64,000 nucleotides of DNA from an uncultured Acidobacteriota bacterium (GCA_963793255.1 CAWBZK010000005.1:76873-140872), one strand, 5' to 3'. Counted from the first letter of the stretch, positions 1 to 11,038 are shown. Numbers and translations: made by a program. The notes: a model not told the origin generated them from the letters alone.

Positions 1-80
1 TCAGTGTTCCTGGTTCCGACTGAGAACCCTGAACCTGGAACCCGGAACCAGAACCAGGAACGGGGAACGGGGAACGGGGC
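1..80. repeat. GAAC-unit palindromic repeat family A, right arm
   Basis: gaaccct/gaacctg/gaaccag/ggaacgg units, same as 12030-12105. Confidence 0.75.
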
Positions 81-221
81 GGCGGAAGCCGTCAGGATCG
101 CCATCCCGGCAAACAGCTTCTGCTGGGCCAGGGCTCGGAAGGCGATCCTGGCATCGCCCAGGATGTCGGTCAGATGTCGCATGACCGGCAAACCCCGAGG
201 TGGGCCGAAAGTTTCGAGAAC

Positions 222-295
222 AGATAACCACGAAGACATGAAGGTTTTCGACTTGGAGTCTTCGTGCCTTCGTGGTGCTCTCTTGTAAGATGGCG
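222..295. repeat. REP-like hairpin (CCACGAAG...CTTCGTGG)
   Basis: Inverted arms; gataaccacgaagacatg recurs at 33971-33988. Confidence 0.55.
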
Positions 296-312
296 GCTTC
301 GCGAGGCAACCC

Positions 313-972
313 ATGTCCCGAATTCGCGCGGTGGCCGCCTTCCTTGTCGTCGTCGCAACGACTCCCCTGCTCGCTCAGGCGCCGGCCGACGAAGCCGGGT
401 TCATGCCCCTCTTCGACGGCAAGACGCTCAATGGCTGGAAGCTCGTCAACGGTCACGGGCCCGGCTACGTCGTCCGCGACAACACGATCGTGTGTCCGAA
501 GGACGGTGGCGGGAATCTGTTCACCGAGCGGGAGTACGCGAACTTCGTGCTGCGCTTCGAGTTCAAGACCGAGCCGGGCGGCAACAGCGGCATCGGCATT
601 CGCGCGCCGTACGAGGGCACGTCGTCAGTCGAGGGGATGGAGATTCAGATCCTCGACGATGGACATGAGATGTACCGGGGCAAGATCAAGTCGGAACAGC
701 ACCACGGGTCCGTCTACGACATGATCCCGGCGCGAACGGGGTTCCTGAAGCCGGCCGGCGAGTGGAACAGCGAGGAAATCGTGGCCGACGGGCGCCGGAT
801 TCGCGTCACGCTCAACGGCGCGGTCATTGTGGACGCGAGCCTCGACATGGTCCGCGAGCCGGCCGTCCTGGCCAAACACCCGGGAATCAAGCGGACCAGC
901 GGCCATATCGGCCTGCTCGGCCACGACTCGCTGGTGGAGTTCAGAAACCTGAGGATTAAGACCCTGCCGTAA
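313..972 (+). CDS. DUF1080 / 3-keto-disaccharide hydrolase family secreted protein
   Basis: Signal peptide, [46 protein letters not shown] motifs. Confidence 0.9.
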   Translation: MSRIRAVAAFLVVVATTPLLAQAPADEAGFMPLFDGKTLNGWKLVNGHGPGYVVRDNTIVCPKDGGGNLFTEREYANFVLRFEFKTEPGGNSGIGIRAPYEGTSSVEGMEIQILDDGHEMYRGKIKSEQHHGSVYDMIPARTGFLKPAGEWNSEEIVADGRRIRVTLNGAVIVDASLDMVREPAVLAKHPGIKRTSGHIGLLGHDSLVEFRNLRIKTLP

Positions 973-973
973 G

Positions 974-1023
974 AAAAAGTGGTCGGGTGAATTATTTGCA
1001 AATAATTCACCCGACCACTTTTT
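974..1023. terminator. Perfect 50-bp palindrome, likely bidirectional terminator or REP
   Basis: aaaaagtggtcgggtgaattatttg|caaataattcacccgaccacttttt between convergent stop codons. Confidence 0.7.
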
Positions 1024-1025
1024 TC

Positions 1026-2512
1026 TTAGGACGCCGCCCTGATCGGGACCACTGACCCCGAGCCGGACTCGAGCGTGGCGGCCGCGGGGGCCGGACGGTC
1101 CACGCCCAGCCGCTGGAGCTTGTCGATGAGCGTCGTGCGGCTGAGTCGCAGCAGGCGCGCGGCCTGGCGACGGTTGCCGCCGGTCTTTTCCAGATACCGC
1201 AGGATGAGGTCGCGCTCCATGCGCGTCATCGTCGCCGCGAAGTCGATGCCGTCGTCCGGCGTCGCGGGAATCTCCACCACCGACGCGCCGCGGAAACCGG
1301 TCGCGGCCTGACGGATGTCCTCCGGCAACGCGTCCACTTCGAGCTCGTGCGGGTTGGTGCTCATGGCCACCGCGTACTCGATGGCGTTCTGCAGGTGGCG
1401 GACGTTGCCGGGCCACTCGCATTCCATCAGCAGCTGCAGCGTTTCCTGGCTCAGGCGTCTTCGGCGCCAGCCCGTTGGTCTCGCAGACCTCCGCGACAAA
1501 ATGCGCCGCGAGCAGCGGGATGTCGGACTTGCGCATGCGGAGCGGCGGCAGCTCCACGCCGAGCACGCTCAAGCGGTAGAAGAGATCCTCGCGGAACGCG
1601 CCTGCGCGCACCATGTCGCGCAGGTCCACGTTCGTCGCGGCAATGACCCGCGTGTTGACCTTGACCGGCGTGCAGGTGCCCACGCGCTCGATTTCCCGCT
1701 CCTGAAGCGCGCGCAGGAGCTTGCTCTGCAGCGACAGTGACATCGACGACACCTCGTCGATGAAGAGCGTGCCCTTGTCGGCGGCCTCGAATCGGCCCTC
1801 GCGCGACTGCACGGCGCCGGTGAAGGCGCCCTTCACGTGGCCGAAGAGCTCCGCCTCGGCAAGTCCCTCGGGGACCGCCGCGCAATTGAACGCGACGAAC
1901 GGCCGGTCGCGACGTGAGCTGGTCTCGTGAAGCGCCCGCGCGACAAGCTCCTTGCCCGTGCCCGTCTCGCCCTTGATCAAGCACCGTGCTCTGCATCGGC
2001 GCGACACGCGCGAGCGTTTCGAGCAGACGGACGATCGCCGGGCTCTCGCCGATGATGCGACGGCCCGATGCCAGCATGGACGCCGGGCGCGGCTGCGGCT
2101 GCGGCCGACGCGCGACCGGCGGCTGCGGCTGCGCCTGCTCGGCAGGCTGGGTCGCACCGATGGCTGACACCAGCTGCTCGGCCGAACACGGCTTCACCAG
2201 GAAATCAATCGCGCCGCGCTTGAGCGCCCGCACGGCGTGATGCAGGCTGCCGAACTCCGCCGTCACCACGGCGCGCATGTGCGGGTAGCGCGACAGCGCG
2301 ACGTCGAGCACGTCGAGGCCGTCGCCGTCGGCAAGCCGCACATCCACGACGAGCCCGTCGTAGGGATAGCCCTCGAGTCGCGAGACGGCGTCAGCGACGC
2401 TCTCGCACTCGGCAGCCGCATACCCGCCTGCCTCGAAGGCGGCGACTGCGGACTGGCGTGCGGTGTGGTTCTTATCAGCGATGAGGACGGAACGACGGGC
2501 GCGATGCAGCAC
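1026..2512 (-). CDS. Sigma54-dependent response regulator (NtrC family, FleR/FlrC/FlgR-like flagellar activator); 2 apparent frameshifts (~1980, ~1455)
   Basis: Receiver (VVDVRL, LVKP), [33 protein letters not shown]-terminal HTH; divergent from flgB. Confidence 0.88.
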
Positions 2513-2582
2513 GGTGCGGCTCTCCCAGGGAGGGCGTAACTGCCAAAACGGTCAGTTGACGCAAGAGCACGGGCCGGAGCAT

Positions 2583-2598
2583 AGCAATCGGAATGCCA
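2583..2598 (-). promoter_or_regulatory. Sigma54 -24/-12 promoter for the activator gene
   Basis: Minus strand TGGCATTCCGATTGCT = GG-N10-GC. Confidence 0.75.
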
Positions 2599-2695
2599 CC
2601 CACATTCCTTAGGTAATTGTCGAAGCGCGCAGCATTGCGTCAAAAACACCGCAGCACCCGCCGCCCAAATTCTCACGCGTGCACACGACGGCACA

Positions 2696-2727
2696 TGTCA
2701 GTACCCCGACGGTGTCGGTCCACCGAC
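2696..2727. promoter_or_regulatory. Candidate upstream activator sequences (two GTC-N8-GAC boxes)
   Basis: TGTCAGTACCCCGAC and TGTCGGTCCACCGAC, midway between two sigma54 promoters. Confidence 0.5.
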
Positions 2728-2820
2728 CGCCGGTCGAGCGGCCAGCGCGGCGTCGGAAACGTCTCGTGCCGGCGCGCCGGCGCGTGACAGCTGCGTGCAA
2801 AACCGTGCAGCGCTGACGCA

Positions 2821-2836
2821 CGGCACCCCGCTTGCA
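2821..2836 (+). promoter_or_regulatory. Sigma54 -24/-12 promoter for the flgB operon
   Basis: CGGCACCCCGCTTGCA = GG-N10-GC, ~58 nt before the flgB start. Confidence 0.75.
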
Positions 2837-2893
2837 GCCAGCGGCAGCGCCCGTCGCACCTCGTCGATTCCTGCGCGGGCAGGAGCACCTCCG

Positions 2894-3294
2894 GTGGGAA
2901 ACACCATCAGCGACGCTGCAATCACGGCGGCCCTCGGGCGGCAGATGACGCAGGCCGTTGCTCGTCAGGCCGTGGCCGCGGGTAATCTCGCGAACCTCGA
3001 TACGCCGGGCTACCGCACGAAGGAAGTCCAGTTCGCGGACGTGCTGGACGGCGAGCTCTCGGCCGGGGTCATCACGACGACGAACGCCGGACACATCGGG
3101 CCGCCCGCCGGCAGCTCGGCTCCCCCACAGGCCGGTGAGCCTCGGGGCTCGCGCCACGCCGCGACGGCAACAACGTGCAGCTCGACCGCGAGCTGCTGGG
3201 CATGACCAAGGCCGCCGGCGACTTCAACGCCGCCCAGACCGTGCTGGCCGCCAAGTTCCGTCTTGTTCGCTACGCCATCAACGAGGGTCGCTGA
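2894..3294 (+). CDS. flgB: Flagellar basal-body rod protein FlgB (frameshift ~3150)
   Basis: AGGAG RBS; RQAVAAGNLANLDTPGY; DGNNVQLDRE in shifted frame. Confidence 0.9.
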
Positions 3295-3716
3295 TGTCCA
3301 CGCTGCTCGGAGCCGTCAACGCCGCCGCGAGCGCACTGGACGTCCAGCGCGCCCGCATGGAAGTCGCGGTCTCGAATCTTGCCAACGCCGAGTCCACGCG
3401 CGGCGCGGACGGACAGCCCTACCGCCGCCGCGAAGTCGTGCTCGAGGCGGAGCCGACCGAGCCCTTCTCGGGCCAGGTCGAAGCCGCCGGCGTGCGCGTC
3501 GCGGACGTCATCGAAGACCAGGCGCCATTCCGCCGCCGCTTCGAGCCGTCGCATCCCGACGCGGACGCGGATGGTTTCGTGGCCGTTCCGAACGTGGACG
3601 TGCCGGAAGAAATGGTCAACATGCTTGGCGCGGCCCGCGCCTATCAGGCCAATCTCACGGCGATCTCGCTCATCCGGGACACCGTGCAGAAGGCCCTCGA
3701 CCTGGCGAAATCGTAA
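3294..3716 (+). CDS. flgC: Flagellar basal-body rod protein FlgC
   Basis: SNLANAESTR..PYRRR, EPSHPDADADGFVAVPNVD..EMVNM..ARAYQAN. Confidence 0.95.
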   Translation: MSTLLGAVNAAASALDVQRARMEVAVSNLANAESTRGADGQPYRRREVVLEAEPTEPFSGQVEAAGVRVADVIEDQAPFRRRFEPSHPDADADGFVAVPNVDVPEEMVNMLGAARAYQANLTAISLIRDTVQKALDLAKS

Positions 3717-4024
3717 TGGCGATCGATCCCATCACGTCCAGCATCGGATCGATCGGCGGGTCGCTTCCGACAACGCCCTCGCCATCATCCGGGGCCTCGT
3801 CTGTTTCGGGCGGCTTTGGCGACGCGCTCAAGAAGGCCGTCAACGCCGTCGAGACGACGACGACCGACGCCAACCAGGCCATCGGGCGCATGCTCGACGG
3901 CAGCGGCGACGTGCACGAGGCCGTGATCGCGCTGCAGAAGGCCGACACGGCGCTCCAACTCACCGTTCAGGTCCGCAACAAGATCGTGCAGGCCTACCAG
4001 GACATCATGCGGATGTCGATCTAG
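3716..4024 (+). CDS. fliE: Hook-basal body protein FliE
   Basis: DVHEAVIALQKA..LQLTVQVRNKIVQAYQDIMRMSI. Confidence 0.95.
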   Translation: MAIDPITSSIGSIGGSLPTTPSPSSGASSVSGGFGDALKKAVNAVETTTTDANQAIGRMLDGSGDVHEAVIALQKADTALQLTVQVRNKIVQAYQDIMRMSI

Positions 4025-4039
4025 CCCGGCTGACCGACC

Positions 4040-5749
4040 GTGAACATCGATCAACTCTTCACGCACATCCGCAAGCTCGTCTCGACGCTGACGGCCGGGC
4101 AGGTCGCCGGCCTCGTGCTCGTCTTCGTCGCCGTCGTCGGCGTCGTGGCCAGCTCTGCGTACTGGATTTCCCAGCCCACGTACCAGTTGCTCGTCGCCGA
4201 CATGGACGCCGAGACCGCGAGCGCCGTCGTCGCGAAGCTCGAGGATGAGAACGTCCCCTACCAGCTCGGCAGCGGCGGCCGCACCGTCAGCGTGCCGGCG
4301 GAGCGCATCGACACGCTGCGTCTCCAGCTGGCGTCTGGCGGATTGCCGTCAGCCGGACGCATTGGCTTCGAGATCTTCGACCGTCCGGCCTTCGGGACGA
4401 CCGAGTTTCTCGAGCACGTGAACTACCGCCGCGCGCTCGAAGGCGAGTTGGCACGCACGATCGGCACGCTTTCAGAGGTGTCCAGCGCGCGCGTGCACAT
4501 CGCGATGGCGCGCGATTCCCTCTTCGTCGATCGGGATCAGCCGGCCAAGGCCTCGGTCGTCCTTCGGCTCAAGAACAGCGGCCGCGATCGAAGTCGCGAC
4601 GGCCAAGGCCATCGCCAATCTCGTCGCGGGCAGCGTCGAAGCCCTGAAGCCCGACGCGGTCGTCATTGTGGACACCTTCGGCCGGCCCTTGACCCGCAAT
4701 CCGGACGCCGAGGAGGCGGGATTGTCGAGCACGCAGCTGGAGCGACAGCAGCAAATCGAACGCGATCTGACGACCCGCGTCGTGGCGTTGCTCGAACCCG
4801 TCGTCGGCCAGGGCCGCGTGCGCGTCAATGTCGCGGCGCACCTGAACACAGAGGCGGTTGAAGAGACGCAGGAGACGTTCGATCCGGCGTCGGTCGTACG
4901 AAGCCGGCAGACGATGCAGGAGACGAGCGCGGCGTCGCGCGTTGCCGGCGGCGTCTCCGGCGCGCGCGCCAATCAGCCTCCCGCGCTCTCGACGGCGCTG
5001 CCGAACGGCGCACCGGACGACGCCGCTGCGGCACCCGCACCGATTCAAACGCCGCCGCGCCAGCCGCCACGACGCTCACGACATCGACGACGCCCGGCCG
5101 GACGTCTGAGACCACCAACTACGAGGTGGGCCGCACGACCCGGCACACGGTCAGCCCGCAGGGCGCCCTCGCGCGCCTCTCGGTCGCCGTCATCCTCGAC
5201 GACGAGCGCGTGACGGCCAAGAACGCGGACGGCACCGCCACGACGACGACCAAGGCGTGGGAAGCCGAAGGCAAGCAGCGAATTCACGGTCTCGTCGCAG
5301 CGGCGGTTGGTCTCGACACCGAACGCGGCGACCTGCTGACCGTCGAGAACATCGCCTTCGACGTTCCGCCGGTGGAGCCGGAACCAGAACCCACGCCGGT
5401 CAGCCAGCAGGCCATCGACGTCGTGAAGGACTTCTGGCCCGCAGCGCTCCGCGGCATCGGCATCTTCGCGCTCGCGGCCTTCGCGCTCTTCGGCATCCTC
5501 CGGCCCATGTCGCGCCGCCTTGCCGGCCGACCGGCCATGCCTTCCCTTCCGGCGGCCGCGGGTGCGAACGCCCGCCTGCCCACGATCAAGGAAATGGAAA
5601 ACCAGATCGAGGCCGAACTCAGCGCCGCGACCACAGGTCAGGCGGGTCGTCTGCCGGTCCTGACCAAGCGCGTTGCGAAACTTGCCAACGACGAACCTGA
5701 GCAACTGGCGCGCATCGTTCGCGGCTGGATTGCGGACGAGGAGCGTTGA
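4040..5749 (+). CDS. fliF: MS-ring protein FliF (frameshifts ~4585, ~5070)
   Basis: IGFEIFD..FGTTEFLEHVNYRRALEGELARTI, ARVHIA, NYEV, RLSVAVI, C-terminal TM. Confidence 0.92.
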
Positions 5750-6765
5750 TGTCGAGCCCCTCAACCGCGCCGTTGACCGGTGCGCAGAAGGCCGCGATCG
5801 CGCTCATGGCGGTCGATGACGACACGGCCGCATCGCTTTTCAAGCATCTCCGCGAAGATGAGATGGAAAAGGTCGCACGCGAAATCGCGGTGATCGGATC
5901 CGTCTCGCCCGAGCTCGGCGAACAGGTGCTGTCGGAGTTGAACACCTCCGCCACCGGATCGCACGTGCCGCCGGGCGGCGTGGAACAAGCTCGACGACTG
6001 CTGTCGAAAGCACTCGGGCAGGAGCAGGGCCGCCGAGTGCTCGAACGCGTGGTGGATTCTCTCCACACCGCGGCGGGTTTCGCCTCAATCGAACGAGCGA
6101 ATCCCGAGCAGTTGTCGAAATTCTTTCTCGGCGAACACCCGCAGACCACCGCGCTGATCCTGGCGCACCTGAACTCGAACAGCGCGGCCAAGCTCCTCGA
6201 ACAGCTGCCGGAGGACATGCGGACGGACGTGCTCTTGCGGCTCGCCAACCTCGGCGAGATTCCACCGGACGTGATCACCCGGATTTCTACCGTCATCGAG
6301 CAGCGCCTGCGCGCGCTCGGCGCCCACTCGCGCGAACAGCGCGGCGGCGTTCGCGCGGTGGCCGAGCTGTTCAACTGCCTCGAGCGGAACGTCAGCCGCC
6401 CCGCTCTGGCGCATCTCGAAACCGCCGACCCGGAAGTGGCAACGGCCATCCGCAACCTGATGTTCGTGTTCGAGGACCTGGCCGGCATCGAGGAAACCGG
6501 CATCCGCGAGATCGCCAACCGCGCCGACAAGAAGACGCTCACGATCGCGCTGAAGGGCGCGAGCGAGGCGATTCGCACGCGGTTCTTCGCGAACATGTCC
6601 AAACGCGCCGTCGATTTGCTCAAGGAAGAGATGGAGATGCTTGGCGCCGTGCGCCTGCGCGAGGTCGAGAAGGCGCAGCACGAGATCGTCGGCATCGCCC
6701 GCAAGCTCGAAGAAGAGGGCCTCATCACGACCGGCGCGGGCGCCGGGGAGCCGTATGTCACATAG
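5749..6765 (+). CDS. fliG: Motor switch protein FliG
   Basis: LTGAQKAAI, GGVEQA, EHPQTTALILAHL, MFVFEDL, MSKRA. Confidence 0.96.
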   Translation: MSSPSTAPLTGAQKAAIALMAVDDDTAASLFKHLREDEMEKVAREIAVIGSVSPELGEQVLSELNTSATGSHVPPGGVEQARRLLSKALGQEQGRRVLERVVDSLHTAAGFASIERANPEQLSKFFLGEHPQTTALILAHLNSNSAAKLLEQLPEDMRTDVLLRLANLGEIPPDVITRISTVIEQRLRALGAHSREQRGGVRAVAELFNCLERNVSRPALAHLETADPEVATAIRNLMFVFEDLAGIEETGIREIANRADKKTLTIALKGASEAIRTRFFANMSKRAVDLLKEEMEMLGAVRLREVEKAQHEIVGIARKLEEEGLITTGAGAGEPYVT

Positions 6766-7477
6766 CGCACGCCGGCTGGCGGCGACAGTCGCGACCGAAC
6801 GTTTCGATTGGCAGGCGGCCCGCAACCCCGTCGGGTCGCAGCCCGTGCCGCTGGTCTTCGTCGATGCCGGGAAAGCCATTCGGGCCTCGTCGGACTCCGA
6901 GCGTCCGATCGAAGCGCGTGAGCTGCACCTGCCGTCGGTCGCCGCCGAGCGGATCGAAGCGATCGAACACCAGGCGTTCCACGAGGGGTACACGCGCGGC
7001 CAGCGCACGGCCGACGAGGAAATGGAACGGCGTCTCGAAGACGTCCTTCTGCGGCTGCGCACGACCGTCGACGAGCTCGGCAAGCTGGGTCCGCACGCCA
7101 TGCGGCGCGCCGACCGGGAGATGGTTCACCTCGCCGTCGCGATGGCCGAGCGCATCGTCCGCCGTGAAGTCAGCGCCGAACCCGAGACGCTGCTGGATAT
7201 GGCGCGGGCGGCCATCGAGCGACTGGGCGAGCGCGTCACGGCGGTCGTCCATCTCAACCCTGCCGATCTCGAAGCCATTGTCAACGATGGCAGCGGCCGC
7301 ATCGGCACGCTCGATGTCGTGGCCGACTCGGACCTGCCGCGCGGCGGCTGCATGATCCGCACGAATCTCGGCACCATCGACGCCGGCATCGACGCGCAGA
7401 TGCGCGAACTTCTGCGCGCCATGCTGGCCGGTGACGGTACCGAGGAGGCCGCTGATGGCCCCGTCGCTGGACACTGA
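6755..7477 (+). CDS. fliH: Flagellar assembly protein FliH
   Basis: AFHEGYTRG, VHLNPADL, GGCMIRTNLGTIDA; between fliG and fliI. Confidence 0.88.
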   Translation: MSHSARRLAATVATERFDWQAARNPVGSQPVPLVFVDAGKAIRASSDSERPIEARELHLPSVAAERIEAIEHQAFHEGYTRGQRTADEEMERRLEDVLLRLRTTVDELGKLGPHAMRRADREMVHLAVAMAERIVRREVSAEPETLLDMARAAIERLGERVTAVVHLNPADLEAIVNDGSGRIGTLDVVADSDLPRGGCMIRTNLGTIDAGIDAQMRELLRAMLAGDGTEEAADGPVAGH

Positions 7478-8786
7478 ACCATTTTTTGCACTGAGGCTCT
7501 GCCTCGCGCGCCTGCCTGAAATCGACACCACGCCGATCATCGGTGAGGTGACGCGTGTCGTCGGGCTGCTCGTCGAGTCCTCCGGACCTCCCGCAAGCGT
7601 CGGTGAGATCTGCCACATCCGCACCGACCGCGGCATCAACGAACTCCCGGTCGAAGTCGTGGGATTTCGCGACGGCAAGCTGCTGTCAGTGCCCCTCGCC
7701 AGCACCGCCGGCATTCGGCCCGGCGATCAGATTGTCTCGAGCGGCCGTCCCCCCTCGGTTCCGGTTGGCGATGGACTGCTCGGCCGCGTCATCGACGGGT
7801 TCGGCCGGCCGATCGACGGGCTCGGTCCGCTGCTCACCGCCCGATCGGTGCCGCTCCATCCGCCGGCGATGAACCCGCTCATCCGTGAATCCATCTCGCG
7901 GCCAATCGGCACGGGCGTCCGTGCCATCGACGCGCTCCTGACCTGCGGCCGTGGCCAGCGCATCGGTATCTTCGGCGGCAGCGGCATCGGCAAGAGCACG
8001 CTGCTCGGGATGATGGCGCGCGGCACCGAGGCGGACGTCGTGGTGCTCTGTCTCGTCGGCGAACGAGGCCGCGAAGTCCGCAGCTTCATCGAGCACGATC
8101 TCGGGCCACGCGGCCTGGAGCGCTCGGTGCTCGTCGTGTCGACGTCGGACAACCCGGCGCTCGCGCGGCAGCGCGCGGCCTACGCCGCCACGTCGATCGC
8201 GGAAGCCTTTCGCGACGCCGGCCGGCACGTGCTGCTCATGATGGACTCGGTCACGCGCTTTGCGATGGCGCAACGCGAAGTGGGTCTCGCCGCGGGCGAG
8301 CCGCCCACGGCCAAGGGATATCCGCCGTCGGTGTTCGCGCGGTTGCCCGGTCTTCTGGAGCGCGCGGGCGCGGTCCGGGGTCGCGGCAGCATCACGGCGT
8401 TCTACACGGTGCTCGTCGAAGGCGACGATCAGAACGAGCCGGTCGCCGATGCCGTCCGCGCCATCCTTGATGGACACGTCGTGCTCGACCGCAGCCTGGC
8501 GGCGCGCAATCACTACCCCGCCATTGACGTGCTGCAAAGCGTCAGTCGAACGATGCCTGACGTGACGACCCTGGAACATCGGGCGAAGGCCGGCGTCCTC
8601 CGCGAATGGCTGGCCACGCTCCGCGACAGCGAGGACCTCGTCAGCGTCGGCGCGTACGTCGCGGGCAGCAATGCACGGATCGACACGGCACTCGCGCGGC
8701 GCGACGCGATCGAGCGGTTCCTGTGTCAGCCTGCCGACACGAGCGTCCGGTCCACCGACGCTACAACGGCTCTGATGGCGCTGTGA
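7455..8786 (+). CDS. fliI: Flagellar export ATPase FliI
   Basis: GQRIGIFGGSGIGKSTLL, GERGREV, MDSVTRFAMAQRE, LDGHVVL. Confidence 0.96.
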   Translation: MAPSLDTEPFFALRLCLARLPEIDTTPIIGEVTRVVGLLVESSGPPASVGEICHIRTDRGINELPVEVVGFRDGKLLSVPLASTAGIRPGDQIVSSGRPPSVPVGDGLLGRVIDGFGRPIDGLGPLLTARSVPLHPPAMNPLIRESISRPIGTGVRAIDALLTCGRGQRIGIFGGSGIGKSTLLGMMARGTEADVVVLCLVGERGREVRSFIEHDLGPRGLERSVLVVSTSDNPALARQRAAYAATSIAEAFRDAGRHVLLMMDSVTRFAMAQREVGLAAGEPPTAKGYPPSVFARLPGLLERAGAVRGRGSITAFYTVLVEGDDQNEPVADAVRAILDGHVVLDRSLAARNHYPAIDVLQSVSRTMPDVTTLEHRAKAGVLREWLATLRDSEDLVSVGAYVAGSNARIDTALARRDAIERFLCQPADTSVRSTDATTALMAL

Positions 8787-8787
8787 C

Positions 8788-9234
8788 ATGGCGACCTTCC
8801 GCTTCAGGGCCGCGGTGGTCCTCGACCTCCGCCTCAAGCACGAACAGGCCGCGCTCGCGCTGCGATCGCAGGCGGAGGGCCGGTTTCGCGAGGCCGTCGG
8901 CACGGTAACGGCCACCGAGGCGCGCCGGCACGGCTCCCAGCAGGAGCTGGCCGCCCTCGAACGCCGTGGATCGGACCTCGGCGCCATCCTCTGGCATCGG
9001 AATTGGATTGATCGACTCCGCGGTCTTGTCGAGCTCGCCTGCCGCGATCGTGACGATCGCGCGCGTGAGCTTGCGGACGCAGATGGGCGCTGGCGCGACG
9101 CGCGCCGCCGCCGGCTCGCGATCGAGCGGCTGCGCGATCGCGCGTGGCAGCGTTTCCAGAACGACGAACGGCGGCGCGAGCAGAAAGACATGGATGAGCT
9201 CGCACGCATTCGCTATCTGACGCCGGACCTGTAG
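8788..9234 (+). CDS. fliJ: Flagellar export protein FliJ
   Basis: FRFRAAVVLDLR start, coiled coil, EQKDMDELA end; follows fliI. Confidence 0.88.
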   Translation: MATFRFRAAVVLDLRLKHEQAALALRSQAEGRFREAVGTVTATEARRHGSQQELAALERRGSDLGAILWHRNWIDRLRGLVELACRDRDDRARELADADGRWRDARRRRLAIERLRDRAWQRFQNDERRREQKDMDELARIRYLTPDL

Positions 9235-9272
9235 CAGGCTGCGAAAGAGCCGCAGCCTGAACGTTGGAAGGA

Positions 9273-9350
9273 TGAAGTGAGAAGTCAGAAATGGGCCTCG
9301 CCTTTGCGGTGCGGGATTTCTGACTTCCGCCTTCTTACTTCTGAGTTCTT
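9273..9350. repeat. AGAAGT-heptamer hairpin, repeat family B
   Basis: gaagtgagaagtcagaaat ... atttctgacttc..cttcttacttct. Confidence 0.7.
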
Positions 9351-9365
9351 ACGAAGGAGCGAACC

Positions 9366-9722
9366 GTGACCGTTGTGTATTCGGTGGACCAGGGCATCGG
9401 CACCAACATGGAACCCAGCGCCTTTGCCGCCAAGCAGACGCAGACGCCGGCGGCCCAGAACCCGTCCCCTGCCGCACAGGCCACGAAGAAGAACGACGAC
9501 ATCGGCAAGGACGCCTTTCTGCAGCTGCTCGTGACGCAGCTCCAGCATCAGGATCCGCTCGATCCTCAAGACAACAGCGAGTTCCTTGCGCAGCTTGCGC
9601 AGTTCACCTCGCTCGAGAGCCTGCAACAGATCAAGCAAGACATGGCCGCGCTACGCGGTTACATCGAAGCGGGAGTGTCCGGCGTCGCAGACGACGCGCC
9701 CGCAACTAATGGAGGTGCGTAA
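9366..9722 (+). CDS. flgD: Hook-capping protein FlgD (short, N-terminal domain only)
   Basis: [37 protein letters not shown]. Confidence 0.92.
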   Translation: MTVVYSVDQGIGTNMEPSAFAAKQTQTPAAQNPSPAAQATKKNDDIGKDAFLQLLVTQLQHQDPLDPQDNSEFLAQLAQFTSLESLQQIKQDMAALRGYIEAGVSGVADDAPATNGGA

Positions 9723-10991
9723 ATGTCCGTCGGTTCCTTCTCCGCCAGCCTGTCCGGCATGAACGTTCACCAGCAGAAGCTGGGCGTCATCGGCAACAAC
9801 CTGGCAAACCTCAACACGGTTGGCTTCAAGGCCAGCATCGTGCAGTTCTCCGATCTCGTGAGCCAGTCGATCGGCGGCGCCAGCGACAACCCGATGCAGA
9901 TCGGCCTCGGCGTGTCCATCGGCCAGATCTCGCCGAATTTCTCGCAGGGCGGCATCGAAAGCACGGGCATCTCGACGAACGTCGGGATCCAGGGCACCGG
10001 ACTCTTCGTCATCGGCGACGTGTCGCAGCGCGCGTACACGCGCGCCGGCAACTTCACGTTCGACGCCAATGGCGTGCTCGTCACGCCCGAAGGCCTGGAG
10101 GTGCAGGGCTACACCGCCGTTGACCCGCTCACCGGCCAGATCGACACGGACGGCCAGCCGACCAACATCGTCATTCCGCCGGGCGTGCTGCGATCGCCGA
10201 TTCCGACGAGCCTCTTCGGCACGGTCCTCAATCTCGACGCCGGCGCCGCGGCGGGCTCCGAGTTCACCTCATCCGTTCAGCTCTATGACGCGCTCGGCGT
10301 GCCGCACGTCGCCACGCTGAGCTTCACCAAGACTGGCCCTGGCGAATGGGACTACGAGATCACGGTGCCCGGCGAGGACGTCGCCGGTGGAACAGCCGGC
10401 ACGCCGGAGGTCATCGGTACCGGCTCACTCGGCTTCAACAACCTCGGCCAGTTGACGGATGTCGACGGTGCCGCGGCGGCGGACGTCGCCGTCACCAGCC
10501 CCACCTGGGCGAACGGCGCGGCGGCGACCAACTTCTCGTGGGACCTGATTGACGCGAACGGCTCGCCGTCGATCACTGGCTACTCGGCCCCGTCGGCCAC
10601 CGCCTCAACGACGCAGAACGGATCGCCGACCGGCGCGGTCTCGAGCATCATCTCGATCGGCCCGCAGGGCGAATTGATGGCGTCGTTCGGCATTGGCCGG
10701 ACGGTCACGGTGGGTCAGCTCGCGATGGCGTCCTTCAACAACCCGCAGGGTCTCGTGAAGCTCGGCTCGAATCTCTACAGCGAGAGTGAAGCGTCGGGTA
10801 TTCCGAGCATCGGCATCGCGGGCACGGCGGGCCGCGGCACGCTCATCGGCAGCTCACTCGAACAGTCGAACGTGGACATCGCGACCGAGTTCACCCAGAT
10901 GATCCTCGCGCAGCGCGGATACCAGGCGAACTCGAAGAGCATCACGGTCGCCGACGAGCTGCTCGTCGATACGCTCAACCTCAAGCGCTAA
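9723..10991 (+). CDS. flgE: Flagellar hook protein FlgE
   Basis: VIGNNLANLNTVGFK, YTRAGNF, LEQSNVDIATEFTQMILAQRGYQAN. Confidence 0.96.
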   Translation: MSVGSFSASLSGMNVHQQKLGVIGNNLANLNTVGFKASIVQFSDLVSQSIGGASDNPMQIGLGVSIGQISPNFSQGGIESTGISTNVGIQGTGLFVIGDVSQRAYTRAGNFTFDANGVLVTPEGLEVQGYTAVDPLTGQIDTDGQPTNIVIPPGVLRSPIPTSLFGTVLNLDAGAAAGSEFTSSVQLYDALGVPHVATLSFTKTGPGEWDYEITVPGEDVAGGTAGTPEVIGTGSLGFNNLGQLTDVDGAAAADVAVTSPTWANGAAATNFSWDLIDANGSPSITGYSAPSATASTTQNGSPTGAVSSIISIGPQGELMASFGIGRTVTVGQLAMASFNNPQGLVKLGSNLYSESEASGIPSIGIAGTAGRGTLIGSSLEQSNVDIATEFTQMILAQRGYQANSKSITVADELLVDTLNLKR

Positions 10992-10994
10992 ATC

Positions 10995-11030
10995 AGAAAC
11001 CGGGTTTCTTCGTCTAGAAACCCGGTTTCC
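10995..11030. repeat. AGAAACCGGGTTTCT-type nested palindrome
   Basis: agaaaccgggtttct tcgtct agaaacccggtttc between flgE and fliK. Confidence 0.6.
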
Positions 11031-11038
11031 TAGACGAG

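Noticed and set aside
180..235. Possible c-di-GMP-I riboswitch (GGCAAACC..GAAA)
   Set aside because: Lacks the GACGCAAAG junction and P2/P3 pairing; only a short coincidental match.
5619..9209. Long antisense ORFs (e.g. 383 and 507 aa) opposite fli genes
   Set aside because: Typical shadow ORFs of high-GC coding DNA, with no recognisable motifs.
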